Assembly: GCA_963662335.2 (NCBI GenBank)
Contig: CAXXVD010000003.1
Location: forward strand, 64,001 to 128,000
Source of the DNA: Chloroflexota bacterium
Lineage (GTDB): Bacteria > Chloroflexota > UBA11872 > VXOZ01
Reading direction: 5' to 3'
Length of the DNA: 64,000 nt
The number at the start of each line of letters is the position of its first letter. The stretch's first letter is position 1. This document shows positions 21,113 to 31,345 of the stretch, in pieces. The position numbers and the translations under genes were made by a program. The notes beneath the pieces were generated by a model. It saw only the letters and a program-made list of their open reading frames with translations. It was not told the DNA's origin and did not search any database.

Positions 21113-22918
21113 TTAGCGGACGGCACTCTCCACGTACGCCAGCGATTGATGCCGGAAATACGTATCGTAGAGCGCGGCGTAGTGGCCGCCGGCGGCCAGC
21201 AGCGTGGCGTGAGTGCCTTCTTCCAGGATGCGGCCGTTGTCCAGCACCAGGATGCGGTCGGCGTGCTGCACCGTGTAGAGGCGGTGGGCGATGACGATCG
21301 AGGTGCGGTCGCGCATGATCGCCGCCACGCCGTCCTGAATCTGCACCTCGGTAAAGGGGTCAACGCTCGCGGTGGCTTCGTCCAGGATGAAGACCGCCGG
21401 GTCGTGCAGCATCACCCGCGCCAGGGCCACCAGTTGGCGCTGCCCCATGGAGAGGCGCCCGCCGCGCTCGCCCACGTCGGAATCCAGGCCTTTGGGCAGG
21501 TCGGCCAGCCAGTTGCCGCCGGCGATGTGCTCCGCCGCGCGCAACGTGTCCGCCGCGGTGGCGTCCGGCTTGCCGTAGCGGATGTTTTCGCCCACCGTGC
21601 CGCTAAAGAGGAACGGCGACTGGGGCACGATGCCGATCTGGCGGCGGTAGGCTGCCAGATTGAACGCGCGGATGTCCCGCCCGTCAACCAGCAGTTGACC
21701 TCCCTGAAACTCGTAGAAACGGGCCACCAGCCGCACGATGCTCGTCTTGCCGGAGCCGGTGTGCCCCACCAGGGCGAGGGACTCGCCCGGCGCGATCTCC
21801 AGGTTGAAGTCCGGCAGCACGATCTCGCTCGGATTGTAGCTGAAGCGCAGGTTTCGGAACGCGAAGCCGCCGCGCACGTCGTCGGCGGGCACGTCACCGG
21901 TCTGCACCACGCGCGGCTCGGCGTCGATCAGGCCGAACACCCGCTCGCTGGCGGAGAGGCCGTTCTGGAACTGGCTCCAAAACGAGGCGATCTGCGTCAG
22001 CGGGAACCAGAAGAACATGAGCGCCTGGATGAAGAGGTACCAATCGCCCACGCTCATAGACCCGGAGGCCATGTTCAAGCCGCCAAAGTAGACGATGACG
22101 GCGGTGCCCAGGCCGGCGGTGGCGTTGAAGACCGGGAAGAAGGTGTTGAGTACGATGCCCTGCCGGAAGTTCACCCGGTACGCCTGCTGGTTGATGCGCG
22201 TGAAGTCGTCGTGCACCGCCTTCTCCTGGCGGAAGACCTTGGCTACCGCGATGCCGCTGATCGACTCCTCGATGTGGGCGTTCACCTGCGCCATGATGCG
22301 CCGCGAGTGCAGCGAGGTCTCCCGCGCGATGCGCCGGAACACCAGCGAAATCGAGACCACCAAAGGGGCCATTGCCAGCGTGATCAACCCCAATTGCAGG
22401 TTGATGACCAGCAGGACGCACCCCATCAGCAGCACCAGCATCACCTGGCTGATGAGGTTCATGGACAAAGAAACCGTCTCCGCGAAGCCGTCGGTGTCCG
22501 AGGAGACGCGGCTGACCAGTTTGCCGGTGGGTTGGTCGTCGAAGAAGGAGAGGTCGTGGCCCATGGTGGCGTTGAAGGCGTCCTCGCGGATTTGCAGCGT
22601 CACGTTGCCGATGGCCACCGCGCCCAGCCACTGGCGCAGGAAGTTGAGGCACCAGGAAACGCCGCTCAGGAGCAAAATGGCAATGACGAGCACAACCATG
22701 ACCTGCGCGGCGGGGTCGGCAACCACCCGGTCGATGCCGCGCGAAATGAGAATCGGCACCGCCGTATCGGTGAGCGCGCCGGTGAAGATCGCGCCGGCCA
22801 CCACCAGCATGGGGCGCAGTTGCGGCCGGAAATAGGTCAGGATGCGCCGCAGCAGCGTCCGGTCGCCGTACTCCCGGTCGTACGCGTCGGCGTCCAGGCC
22901 GTCCATTACGAAGCCCAT
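21113..22918 (-). CDS. ABC exporter, fused permease and ATP-binding subunit
   Basis: TM domain, GHTGSGKT, LSMGQRQ, ILDEAT, IAHR. Confidence 0.95.
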   Translation of the reverse strand: MGFVMDGLDADAYDREYGDRTLLRRILTYFRPQLRPMLVVAGAIFTGALTDTAVPILISRGIDRVVADPAAQVMVVLVIAILLLSGVSWCLNFLRQWLGAVAIGNVTLQIREDAFNATMGHDLSFFDDQPTGKLVSRVSSDTDGFAETVSLSMNLISQVMLVLLMGCVLLVINLQLGLITLAMAPLVVSISLVFRRIARETSLHSRRIMAQVNAHIEESISGIAVAKVFRQEKAVHDDFTRINQQAYRVNFRQGIVLNTFFPVFNATAGLGTAVIVYFGGLNMASGSMSVGDWYLFIQALMFFWFPLTQIASFWSQFQNGLSASERVFGLIDAEPRVVQTGDVPADDVRGGFAFRNLRFSYNPSEIVLPDFNLEIAPGESLALVGHTGSGKTSIVRLVARFYEFQGGQLLVDGRDIRAFNLAAYRRQIGIVPQSPFLFSGTVGENIRYGKPDATAADTLRAAEHIAGGNWLADLPKGLDSDVGERGGRLSMGQRQLVALARVMLHDPAVFILDEATASVDPFTEVQIQDGVAAIMRDRTSIVIAHRLYTVQHADRILVLDNGRILEEGTHATLLAAGGHYAALYDTYFRHQSLAYVESAVR

Positions 22919-22966
22919 CGGCGTATCCTCATTGGCGGCGCTGCCGCTCTGCGTTCATCAATCCCC

Positions 22967-23185
22967 GTAGCGCGGGGGCTTGTCCCCCGCTCCGCTGTCC
23001 GTCATTCCCGCGAACGCGGGAATCCATCCGCTCTTGACTGGGCGCGCGCGAAGATGGATTCCCGCGTTCGCGGGAATGACGGACTTTGCCGCGCTCCCAC
23101 GTATCGACGACGGGCTCTGCCGCGCTCCACATTTCAATTGGCGGACTCCCCCGCGCTCCATGTGCCGGTGACGGACTCTGCCGCT
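22967..23185. repeat. REP-A, REP-D inverted pair, then four degenerate units of about 31-bp period (GACGGACTCTGCCGCGCTCCA)
   Basis: REP-A 22967-22990; D pair 23001-23080; units near 23078, 23108, 23140 and 23169. Confidence 0.7.
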
Positions 23186-23200
23186 ACCGCTTTGGTCTGG

Positions 23201-25002
23201 CTACTTACTCGCCAGCGCCGTGGGCGTCGCCGCCGCGTACTCTTCGTCCCGGTGGGCAAAGATGTTCCGGTACGCCGCGCTGCGCGCCATCAATTCCTCG
23301 TGGGTGCCCTGGTCTGCCAACGCGCCGCCGCGCATGACCAGGATGCGGTCGGCCCAGCGGATTTGCGAGAGCCGGTGCGTAATCAAGAATGTCGTCCGGC
23401 CGTGCAGGATGTTGCGCAGCGCGCGTTGAATTTGGTCCTCGGTGGCGCTGTCGATTGCGCTGGTCGAGTCGTCCAGCACCAGGATGCGCGGGTCGGCCAG
23501 GAACGCGCGGGCGATGGCGATGCGTTGGCGCTGCCCGCCGGAGAGCGTCACGCCGCGTTCGCCCACCACGGTGTCATAGCCGTCCGCAAAGCTCATGATG
23601 AAGTCGTGGGCCTGGGCCTGCTTTGCCACCGCCTCGATCTCCGCGCGGCTGACCGGACGGCGCACGCCAAAGGCGATGTTTTCCGCCAACGTGCGCGAAA
23701 AGAGAAAGACGTCCTGGTCGATGGTGGCGATCTGGGAACGCAGCGATTCCATGGACCACACGCGCACGTCCACGCCGTCGATCAGCACGCGCCCGGCGGA
23801 GACCTCGTAGATGCGGTTGATGAGACGGGTGAGGGTGGACTTGCCGGAGCCGGTCTGGCCGACGATCGCGATCGTCTCGCCCGGTCTGGCCTTGAAGCTG
23901 ACGCCTTTGAGCGTATTCGCGCCCGCATAGCCAAACGAGACGTTGTCGAACTCCACCTCACCCGCGATGCGCCGCTCGATGCCGGCGCGGTTTTCGTCGA
24001 TTTCCGTCTCGCGTTCAGGATGGCCAGGATGCGCTCCGCGCCCGCCGTGCCCAGCTTGACCAGCGAGAAGGCGAAGATGGAAACGAACGTGGGGAAGCGC
24101 AGCATTGCCAGGTACGCCATGAAGGCAATCACGCCGCCGAGCGTGATAATGCCGTTCGTCATGAGATAGAGCGCGTGGGCCAGGCCGAGCGCCAGCGTGA
24201 ACGAGAACATGAGCAGCGGCAGGTAGGCCGCCTGTATCCGGCCCTGTTGCACGAACAAGTCGCGGTAGTCCGCCGCCTGGTGGCGGAAGCGGGCGTGTTC
24301 CTGCTCCTCCTGGGCGTTGGACTTGACGACCTCGATGCCGGCAATCGCCTCTGTGAGGGTGGCGTTCAGCGTGCCAAACTGGGCGCGCAGCGCGCCGGCC
24401 ACCGGGCCGAGACGGTTCAAGTAGCCGCGCAAGGCGACCAGGAAGAGCAGCAGGAAGAGCACCGGTATCGGCAGCAGTGCCACGTCCAGGAAGATGGCGA
24501 TGGCCGCAATGGGCGCCACCATGTTGATGAGCCACTCCGAGAGCAGCAGGAGGCCGGGATTGACCATGAGGTTGAGTTGGCGCACGTCGTTGGTGGCCCG
24601 CGCCATGATGTCCCCGACCCGCTGCTGGCCGTGATAGGTCTGGCTCTTGCCCAGCAGGTTGACGTAGAGTTCGTCGCGCACGTCGCGCTCCATGCGCAGC
24701 GCCACGATCTCGGCGGTGTAGTTGGCGAGCAGTTGCAGGCCGCCGCGCAGCACGCTGATGCCGACGATCGCCAGGGCAAAGCCCAGCAGCGCACGCGCTT
24801 CGGCACTCGCCAAGGCGACGGCGTCGACGGCGTCGCCCATCAACTTCGGCACCTGCACCGCCGCCACCACCACGCCGGCCCGAAAGAGCGTGCCGACCAC
24901 CACGTGCAACGGGTAGCGCATGGCGTGGCTGACCAGCCACCGCAGAACGGAGGAGCGGTCGTATTCGTGCTCGGTTTCGGGCGTAAACTCGCGCTTGGCC
25001 AC
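23201..25002 (-). pseudogene. ABC exporter subunit (heterodimer partner) split by a 1-nt frameshift near 24010
   Basis: TM domain in ORF 23782..25002; NBD ([21 protein letters not shown]) in ORF 23201..25024; junction AAC GCG AG ACG GAA lacks one base. Confidence 0.85.
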
Positions 25003-25077
25003 CTGCGTCTCCGGGGGTCGTCAACCGTAGGCCGTCACTTCACTATAACACCCCGCAAGCGGTTTAAAATCCAGGAT

Positions 25078-25262
25078 CAGTCGATCCGAGATTAGTCGAT
25101 CCGAAACTAGCCGATCCGGAATTGGTCGATGCTGGCTTCTTCTCTGCATCGGGTTCGGCTTCACGTCATTCCGAGCGCAGCGAGGAATCCAGGGATACCC
25201 GCTCACGAGATTCTTCGTCGCGGAGTTTATCCTGAGCCTGCCGAAGGGCTCCTCAGAATGAC
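25078..25262. repeat. 15-bp tandem (YAGTCGATCCGARAY, about 3.5 copies) followed by a REP-C pair with a nested family E fragment
   Basis: Tandem at 25078-25130; GTCATTCCGAGCGCAGCGAGGAATCC at 25165; partner ends 25262. Confidence 0.65.
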
Positions 25263-25503
25263 AGACCAAGGACCCGGGTCGCGCATGGGTTTGCGATATG
25301 CACCCGTCTGTCGGCACAGCCTAAGCCTAGACCGGCGAAATCCCGGTAAAATTCCCTTTGCTACCGGAATACGCTCCGCTGCGCGCGGAATAGCAGCGTC
25401 TCTTGGCAGATTGGAACGCGCAGGCACTTGTTCAATTGCACGGATACTAGGTACATTAGAGTGTAGAGCCGTTAGACTTGGAAAAACGAGAGTGGAGCGT
25501 GTT

Positions 25504-26097
25504 GTGAAGAGTACGGCTGCGCAACGCCATTGGCGGCAGGTTTGCCGGGTAGTTCTGGGCGTACTGGGGTGCGCGCTCTTGCTGGGCGGGTGCATCTCGC
25601 AGCCGCAAGGCGTAGTCATCGACACCAAGCCGACGCCGACGCCGCCGCCGGTCCTGGGCGACCCCAACAATCCCAAGATCATCACCGTGACGGTTGCGGA
25701 CAATACCGTCCCGCCCGTAGGGGTCGGCATTCTCTGGATCAACCGGAGCGTGGGCTGGGCGCCGTACGAGAGTCCGGGAGACGGACGCTTGCCGTACGAT
25801 GAGTATAGCGTGCAAGTCTTCGTGAACGACGAGCGCATTGGCGTGATGTGGCCTGACGAGACCGGCGGGCTCGGCCCGCGTCCGCTTGCCATACCGCAGA
25901 ACGTGTGGGGGTTCGAACGGGGCCGCCACATTCTCAAGTTCGTGCAGCAAGGGCCGGAAGTCTGGCGGGAGTCCGCGCCGGTCGTCATCGTGGTGACGGA
26001 CGACTTCAAGCCCACGCCCACCGTCCCGCCCAGTCCCACGCCGTTGCCGTTGCCGACGCCGTCCCCGATACCGACGCCGTCGCCCAGGCCCGGGTAG
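25504..26097 (+). CDS. Hypothetical lipoprotein with Pro/Thr-rich linkers
   Basis: Hydrophobic stretch plus LLGGC lipobox, PTPTP repeats; start uncertain. Confidence 0.65.
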   Translation: MKSTAAQRHWRQVCRVVLGVLGCALLLGGCISQPQGVVIDTKPTPTPPPVLGDPNNPKIITVTVADNTVPPVGVGILWINRSVGWAPYESPGDGRLPYDEYSVQVFVNDERIGVMWPDETGGLGPRPLAIPQNVWGFERGRHILKFVQQGPEVWRESAPVVIVVTDDFKPTPTVPPSPTPLPLPTPSPIPTPSPRPG

Positions 26098-26100
26098 CGT

Positions 26101-27372
26101 ATGGCGGGTTCTCCTGAGGGCGGCTTGGGCGTCGTGCTGCTCGCCGCGGGTGAGTCACAGCGCATGACGGCGCTGCCGGAGACGGCGGGTTCGTCACGGG
26201 CGGCCCCGCCGAAAGCGCTGCTGCCGTGGCTGGGCCGTCCGTTGCTCCGGTATCAGCTCGAGCAAATCAGCGCGGTTGCCGGGCGCGTGGTCGTTGTCAC
26301 CGGCTTCCACGCCGCGCGCCTCGCGCCGTTGCTTGAACCGTTCGCGGGTGTGCGCGTGGTGGAAAACCCCGACCCCGCCCGCGGCCGGTCCTCTTCGATC
26401 GTGCACGGCGTGCGGGCGCTGCCGGAGTCGCTCGCGGCGGTGGCGATCGTCAACGTGGATCAGCCCTGCGCCGCCGCGATTCTTACGCAACTGGCCGCGG
26501 CGCGCGACGCGGCAGGCCACCTGCTGACGCTGCCCCGCTACCAGGGCAAGCGCGGCCACCCGCCGCTCTTCGCGCATAGCCTGCGGGGCGAATTGCTGCG
26601 CGTGCGCGAGGAGAGCCAGGGCTTGAAGGCGGTCACCCGCGCCCACCGCGCCGCCACGGGATACGTGGACGTGGACGATCCCGGCGTGGTGTGGAACCTC
26701 AATTCACCGGCCGACTACGCGCGGGCGCACCGGCGGCAGATTCTCCTGGCTACCACCAACCCGGCCAAGTCGGCGCATCTCGACTGGCTGCTGGCGGGCG
26801 TGCCGCTGCGGCGCGTGACGCTGGCGGAGGCCGGCTTGCGCCTGCAAACGCCGCCGCCGGAGACTGAGCGCACGTTGGCAGCAATCGCCCGGAGCAAGGC
26901 GGTGGCGTGGTCCCGGGCCTTTGGCGGCCTGGCGCTCGCCTCGGACGGCGGCGTTGCGATTCCGGCGTTAGGCGACTCCTGGGAGGAGCGTCTCACGGCG
27001 CGCTTTACGGGCCCTGACGCTACCGACCGGCAGCGGGTGGAGGCGCTGCTGGCGCTGCTCCGGCCCTACCGCGGCGCGGAACGCAGCGTCGTCTTCCACG
27101 AGTGCGTGGCGCTGGCCGACAACGGTACCCTCCTGCAAACGTGGGCCGCGGCGAGCGCGCCGGGCCTGCTCGCCGAGTCGTATCAACCGGAGCAGCTTGT
27201 GCCCGGCTTCTGGCTGCTCACGTTGTGGCGCGATCCTGTTTCCGGCAAGCGCTTTGGCGCTCCCGCGTTTGACGACCCTGCCTATGCGGACGGCGCGTGG
27301 GCGCGCATCAAGCCCGGGGTGCAGGCATACGTGCGGGAGTATTGCGAGCGCCGCCTCAGCCCGGCAACGTGA
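26101..27372 (+). CDS. Fusion of a MocA/MobA-like nucleotidyltransferase and a HAM1/ITPase-like NTP pyrophosphatase domain
   Basis: N-terminus LLAAGESQRM..PKALL, VDQP, GKRGHPPLF; C-terminus ILLATTNPAK, E...T...A.SKA, LASDGG.AIPAL. Confidence 0.75.
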   Translation: MAGSPEGGLGVVLLAAGESQRMTALPETAGSSRAAPPKALLPWLGRPLLRYQLEQISAVAGRVVVVTGFHAARLAPLLEPFAGVRVVENPDPARGRSSSIVHGVRALPESLAAVAIVNVDQPCAAAILTQLAAARDAAGHLLTLPRYQGKRGHPPLFAHSLRGELLRVREESQGLKAVTRAHRAATGYVDVDDPGVVWNLNSPADYARAHRRQILLATTNPAKSAHLDWLLAGVPLRRVTLAEAGLRLQTPPPETERTLAAIARSKAVAWSRAFGGLALASDGGVAIPALGDSWEERLTARFTGPDATDRQRVEALLALLRPYRGAERSVVFHECVALADNGTLLQTWAAASAPGLLAESYQPEQLVPGFWLLTLWRDPVSGKRFGAPAFDDPAYADGAWARIKPGVQAYVREYCERRLSPAT

Positions 27373-28369
27373 GGATTGCCGCAGACCGCTTCCGCTCGTC
27401 CCCGGCAATCGCCACCAGTCCGTCACGCTCCAGGTCCCGCGCCAGTTGCCACAGCCACGCGGCCGGCGGCCTGGCGGCGGCTTGGCCGCGGACGCGGCGC
27501 GCCACCACCGCAAAGGGGAGACCGCTGCCCGGCGGACATTCGCGCAGCGCGGCCACGATGCGCCCCCGATAGTAGCGCCGGGAGCCGCTGAACGTCCCCT
27601 GGCCTTTGGGACGCAGCGACGGCAGATCCTGGATTTCCGCTTCCCGCCGCGCCTGGCACCACGCGAACAGCGGGCAACGCGGGCAGTCCGGCCGGCGGGA
27701 GACGCAGACCGCCGAGCCGAGGTCCATGAGCGCCTGATTCCACTGCGCTGAGCGCGCGGCGGGCGCCAGGCCGTCGGCCAGCGTCTGAAACTGGCGCTCC
27801 GTGGGCCCACCGTTGCCGCAGAGCGCGGCGAGGTCCTGCTGGAAGAGACGCCCGACTACCCGCCGCACGTTGGTATCCACCACCGCCACCGGCGCGTTCC
27901 CCACGAAACTCAGCAGCGCCCGCGCCGTATACGGGCCGATGCCGGGGAGGTCGAGCAGCGCCTCCAGACGCATCGGAAACGTGCCGCCGTGCTCCCGCAC
28001 GATTGCCTGCGCCGCCTGGTGCAGGTGCACGGCGCGGCGGTTATACCCCAGCCCGGCCCAGAGACGGATGACCTCCGCCCGCGGCGCGGCCGCCAACTTG
28101 TGGATGGTGGGGTAGCGGGCGATGAAGGCCTGGTACTTGGGGATAACGCGCTCGACCTGGGTCTGCTGCAGCATCACCTCGGCCAGGAAGATGCGGTACG
28201 GCGAAACGCGCGCCTTGCGCCACGGCAACGCGCGGCGGTGGGCGCGGTACCAGCGCAGCAACGCCGCTTGGAGGTCCGCCGTAAGTTCCGGCCGCGCGCG
28301 CAGCGCGCCGTCGGGCGCGAGCGCGCAATACTCGCCGTCTTGCGCTTGGCGCGGGGGTTGTTCTTGCAT
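27356..28369 (-). CDS. mutY: A/G-specific adenine glycosylase (short form without NUDIX-like domain)
   Basis: EVMLQQTQV, WAGLGY.RRA, LPGIGPYTA, VDTNVRRV, NQALMDLG, Fe-S motif C-x6-C-x2-C-x5-C. Confidence 0.9.
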   Translation of the reverse strand: MQEQPPRQAQDGEYCALAPDGALRARPELTADLQAALLRWYRAHRRALPWRKARVSPYRIFLAEVMLQQTQVERVIPKYQAFIARYPTIHKLAAAPRAEVIRLWAGLGYNRRAVHLHQAAQAIVREHGGTFPMRLEALLDLPGIGPYTARALLSFVGNAPVAVVDTNVRRVVGRLFQQDLAALCGNGGPTERQFQTLADGLAPAARSAQWNQALMDLGSAVCVSRRPDCPRCPLFAWCQARREAEIQDLPSLRPKGQGTFSGSRRYYRGRIVAALRECPPGSGLPFAVVARRVRGQAAARPPAAWLWQLARDLERDGLVAIAGDERKRSAAILTLPG

Positions 28370-28461
28370 GCGCTCGGTGAATTGTACTTCAGAGAAGGTG
28401 CAGAGTGATTGCGCAGGCGCGCCGCAGCCTGAACGGCGCACGCGGCACGCGCGCGGAACGA

Positions 28462-28563
28462 GTAGCGCGGGGGCTTGTCCCCCAAAGGTGTCGCACTAAC
28501 GTAGCGCGGGGGCTTGTCCCCCAAAGGTGTCGCACTAACGTAGCGCGGGGGCTTGTCCCCCGC
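28462..28563 (+). repeat. 39-bp tandem unit (truncated REP-A plus MITE left terminal repeat) twice, then a full REP-A
   Basis: GTAGCGCGGGGGCTTGTCCCCCAAAGGTGTCGCACTAAC at 28462 and 28501. Confidence 0.9.
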
Positions 28564-28717
28564 CGGTGTGCAAGGCACGGAGGGCGATCGCCGCAAGTTT
28601 CCCCTCCGGCAGACGACGCCCACCTCTTGACCCTACTATGACGCAGGTTGCAAACCTGCGCTACCAGGGAAATCAGGCACGGTGTCGTTCCTCATTATGT
28701 TTAATGCGACGGCATTA
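28522..28717. mobile_element. MITE copy 2 inserted in REP-A with a 12-bp target duplication
   Basis: TIRs CAAAGGTGTCGCACTAA and TTAATGCGACGGCATTA; flanking GGGCTTGTCCCC at 28510-28521 and 28718-28729. Confidence 0.7.
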
Positions 28718-28808
28718 GGGCTTGTCCCCCGCTTCTCCGTATCCGGCAACGGAGCGGGCGCGGCGCGCGACGTAAGCGCTATCGCAGGCAAGCCCCATAG
28801 GTACGAGT

Positions 28809-29705
28809 ATGCCACAGGCGCACTACGAAGAAGTGCAGTGCAAGACGGCCCTCACCCGCGTGCGGAACATGGCGTTTGGCTGGAGCCTGAACCCCTACCG
28901 CGGCTGCACCCACGGCTGTCACTACTGCTTTGCCCGCAGCACCCACTTCTACTACGACCTGAATGCCGACGAAGAGTTTTCCTCGATCATCTTCGTCAAA
29001 GTGAACGTCGCCGACGTGCTGCGCCTGGAACTCTCGTCGCCGCGCTGGCGGCGCGAGCGCGTGGTGCTCGGCACCGCCACCGACCCGTATCAACCGATCG
29101 AGGGCAAGTACAAGCTGAGCCGCGCCGTCCTGGAAGCCTGCCTCGACTTTCGCACGCCGGTATCCATCATCACCAAGTCCTCCCTTAGCGTGCGCGACGC
29201 GGACCTCCTGGCGGAACTCGCGCGGCGCCTCGGTTGCACGGTGAACTTCAGCCTGACCACGCTCGACCGGTCGCTGTGGCGGCGCTTGGAACCCGGCACC
29301 GCGCCGCCGGGCCAGCGGCTGCGCGCTATGCAACGCCTCGTCGCTGCCGGTGTACACGCGGGCGTGCTCCTCGCTCCCATCATACCGGGCATAACGGCAA
29401 CGAAAGAGAACCTGGAAGCGGTGGCGCGCGCCGCCGCCGCGCACGACGCCTGCTTCCTGGGCGCGAACGTGCTCAATTTGGGCATCGGCGTCAAGGAGCA
29501 CTTCCTCGAGTACCTGCGGGGTGAGTATCCCTGGCTGCTCGGGGCCTACCGCCGGCTCTACCCCGGCCGCTACGCGCCGGAGGCGTATACCGAGCCGATA
29601 TACGACTACGTCAAGCTGTTGCAGCGCCGCTACGACCTCACGCGGCGTGAGACCAGCCACGCTCCACAACCCGAACCGCGCCAGCTTTCGCTTGATCTCT
29701 TGTAA
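28809..29705 (+). CDS. Radical SAM protein, Rv2578c/SplB-like DNA-repair family
   Basis: SLNPYRGCTHGCHYCFAR (CxxxCxxC), GTATDPYQP.E, SIITKS, LEPGT. Confidence 0.88.
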   Translation: MPQAHYEEVQCKTALTRVRNMAFGWSLNPYRGCTHGCHYCFARSTHFYYDLNADEEFSSIIFVKVNVADVLRLELSSPRWRRERVVLGTATDPYQPIEGKYKLSRAVLEACLDFRTPVSIITKSSLSVRDADLLAELARRLGCTVNFSLTTLDRSLWRRLEPGTAPPGQRLRAMQRLVAAGVHAGVLLAPIIPGITATKENLEAVARAAAAHDACFLGANVLNLGIGVKEHFLEYLRGEYPWLLGAYRRLYPGRYAPEAYTEPIYDYVKLLQRRYDLTRRETSHAPQPEPRQLSLDLL

Positions 29706-29767
29706 GCGCCTTGCCCAAGCTGGCGCGAATGGTGAGCGCCTGTCTGCTCCCGGCCCAACCGAGGCAA

Positions 29768-29791
29768 GCGGGGGACAAGCCCCCGCGCTAC
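29768..29791 (-). repeat. REP-A single copy
   Basis: Exact GCGGGGGACAAGCCCCCGCGCTAC. Confidence 0.85.
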
Positions 29792-29894
29792 GATAGTGCG
29801 GCAAGGCTGAGGTGAGAGAGGAAGATACTAACCCTCTCACTGGGGTGAGGGTTAGCGTGCGAGGAGGATTCCGCGAGGCAAAGACGCTGAACGA

Positions 29895-30932
29895 CTACGC
29901 GGCCGTGCCTTCCACGATGCTCACCACGGCGTTTGTCGGCACGACCCGGCTGAGCGCGAGACCCGCCTTGCCGAAGAGCGCCGCGTACTCTTCTTCTGTG
30001 CGCTCGCGGCCGCCGTTGGTCAGCGCCAGCATCACCACGTCCCAGAGCTTGCTGTTGGACGGCTCATTGCCGGGCGGCATCACGCCCTCCACCACCAGCA
30101 CCCGGCCGCCCGCGTTCATCGCCTGGCGGCAATGGCGCAGGATCACCGCGGACCGTTCGTCGTCCCAGTCGTGGATGATGTGCTTGAGCAGATAGCAATC
30201 GCCGCCCGGGGGCACGCCGGTGAAGAAATCGCCGCCGACCGCCTGGCAGCGCGCGCCCACGCCGGCTAACGCAAGCTCCGGCCCGGCTGCGGATACTACT
30301 GCCGGCTGATCGAAGAGGATGCCGCGCAATGCGGGATAGGCGGCGAGGATGGCGGTGAGCAAGCGGCCGTGCCCGCCGCCCACGTCAACCACGGTCTCGC
30401 AGCCGGAAAAGTCGTAGGCCGCGCAGACGCCGGCGGCCTCGAAACGGGAGAGGGCCGTCATCGAGTTGTTGAATTCGGTCGCCGCCGCCGGATTCTGCTC
30501 CATGTAGTCGAAGAGCGGCAGCCCGCAGGCGTGGTCGAAGGCCGGCTCATTCGTCTCCACACTATAGAGCAGGTGCGCCCAGGCGCGGTTGTACCACTCG
30601 CTGCCGTGCACGATCGCGTAATCGCGGAAGGAACAGGGCGCATCCGCCTGCAGCAGTTCCGCCATTGGCGTGAGCGTAAACCGGCGTGGCTCTAGTTCCA
30701 TGAACACGTCCAGACTGGCCAGCAGGCGCAAGACGCGGTACAGCGCTTCCGCATTGGTGTTTGTCGCGGCCGCCAGATCATCTACCGTACGCGGACCGTC
30801 CGCCAGCAGGTCGGCGATGCCCAACTTGGCGGCGACGAAGAGGCACTGGGTAGTCGCTTTGCCCCAGACCAACTGCTGCAAGCGGGGCACGAGCGACGGG
30901 TCGGGGAAAGAATCGGGCCAGTCTGGGGTCAT
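29895..30932 (-). CDS. SAM-dependent O-methyltransferase with dimerisation domain
   Basis: AAKLGIADLL, VVDVGGG.G, GGDFF, KHIIHDW.D, GRERT..EY. Confidence 0.92.
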   Translation of the reverse strand: MTPDWPDSFPDPSLVPRLQQLVWGKATTQCLFVAAKLGIADLLADGPRTVDDLAAATNTNAEALYRVLRLLASLDVFMELEPRRFTLTPMAELLQADAPCSFRDYAIVHGSEWYNRAWAHLLYSVETNEPAFDHACGLPLFDYMEQNPAAATEFNNSMTALSRFEAAGVCAAYDFSGCETVVDVGGGHGRLLTAILAAYPALRGILFDQPAVVSAAGPELALAGVGARCQAVGGDFFTGVPPGGDCYLLKHIIHDWDDERSAVILRHCRQAMNAGGRVLVVEGVMPPGNEPSNSKLWDVVMLALTNGGRERTEEEYAALFGKAGLALSRVVPTNAVVSIVEGTAA

Positions 30933-31057
30933 AGCGGCATTCCAAATTTGCACAAGCAGTGTACCGGCGGGAATCGTCCCTCCGGCGCAAATGAAACTTT
31001 AACGTGTCAACACGGATGAGAGCGCGTCATTATCTCGATAGTAGCAATACCGGCTCC

Positions 31058-31325
31058 GTCATTCCCGCGAACGCGGGAATCCATCTTCGCCGCGCACGCC
31101 GCCTCAGGCGGGGGATAAGCCCCCGCGCTACGCTCAAGATGCCTCGCCCGGCGCAGGCGGGGGACAAGCCCCCGCGCTACGCTCAAGATGCCTCGCCCGG
31201 CGCAGGCGGGGGACAAGCCCCCGCGCTACGTTCAAGACGCCTCGCCCGGCGCAGGCGGGGGACAAGCCCCCGCGCTACGTTCAAGATGCCTCGCCGCTTA
31301 GATTCCTCGCTGCGCTCGGAATGAC
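31058..31325. repeat. REP-D, a 49-bp tandem array of four REP-A units, then inverted REP-C
   Basis: REP-A starts at 31108, 31157, 31206 and 31255 with near-identical 25-bp linkers. Confidence 0.9.
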
Positions 31326-31345
31326 GGCGACGGGCTGGACGTTGG

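Noticed and set aside
23078-23185. Mini repeat-spacer array with variable spacers
   Set aside because: Spacers are only about 10 nt and the repeats are degenerate; treated as a decayed tandem repeat
21146-24169. 1007-aa plus-strand ORF (likewise 38635..40893, 14261..16339, 31442..33133, 19323..20900)
   Set aside because: Antisense shadow frames of well-supported genes in GC-rich DNA, with no motifs
25129-25503. Long N-terminal extension of the lipoprotein ORF
   Set aside because: Runs through REP-C and a probable promoter region; the signal peptide begins near 25504
28462-28563. Second CRISPR-like array
   Set aside because: Spacers are identical and correspond to the MITE terminal repeat
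31108-31295. CRISPR-like array (24-bp palindromic repeat x4 with 25-bp spacers)
   Set aside because: Spacers are near-identical, the repeat is the dispersed REP-A, and there are no cas genes or leader
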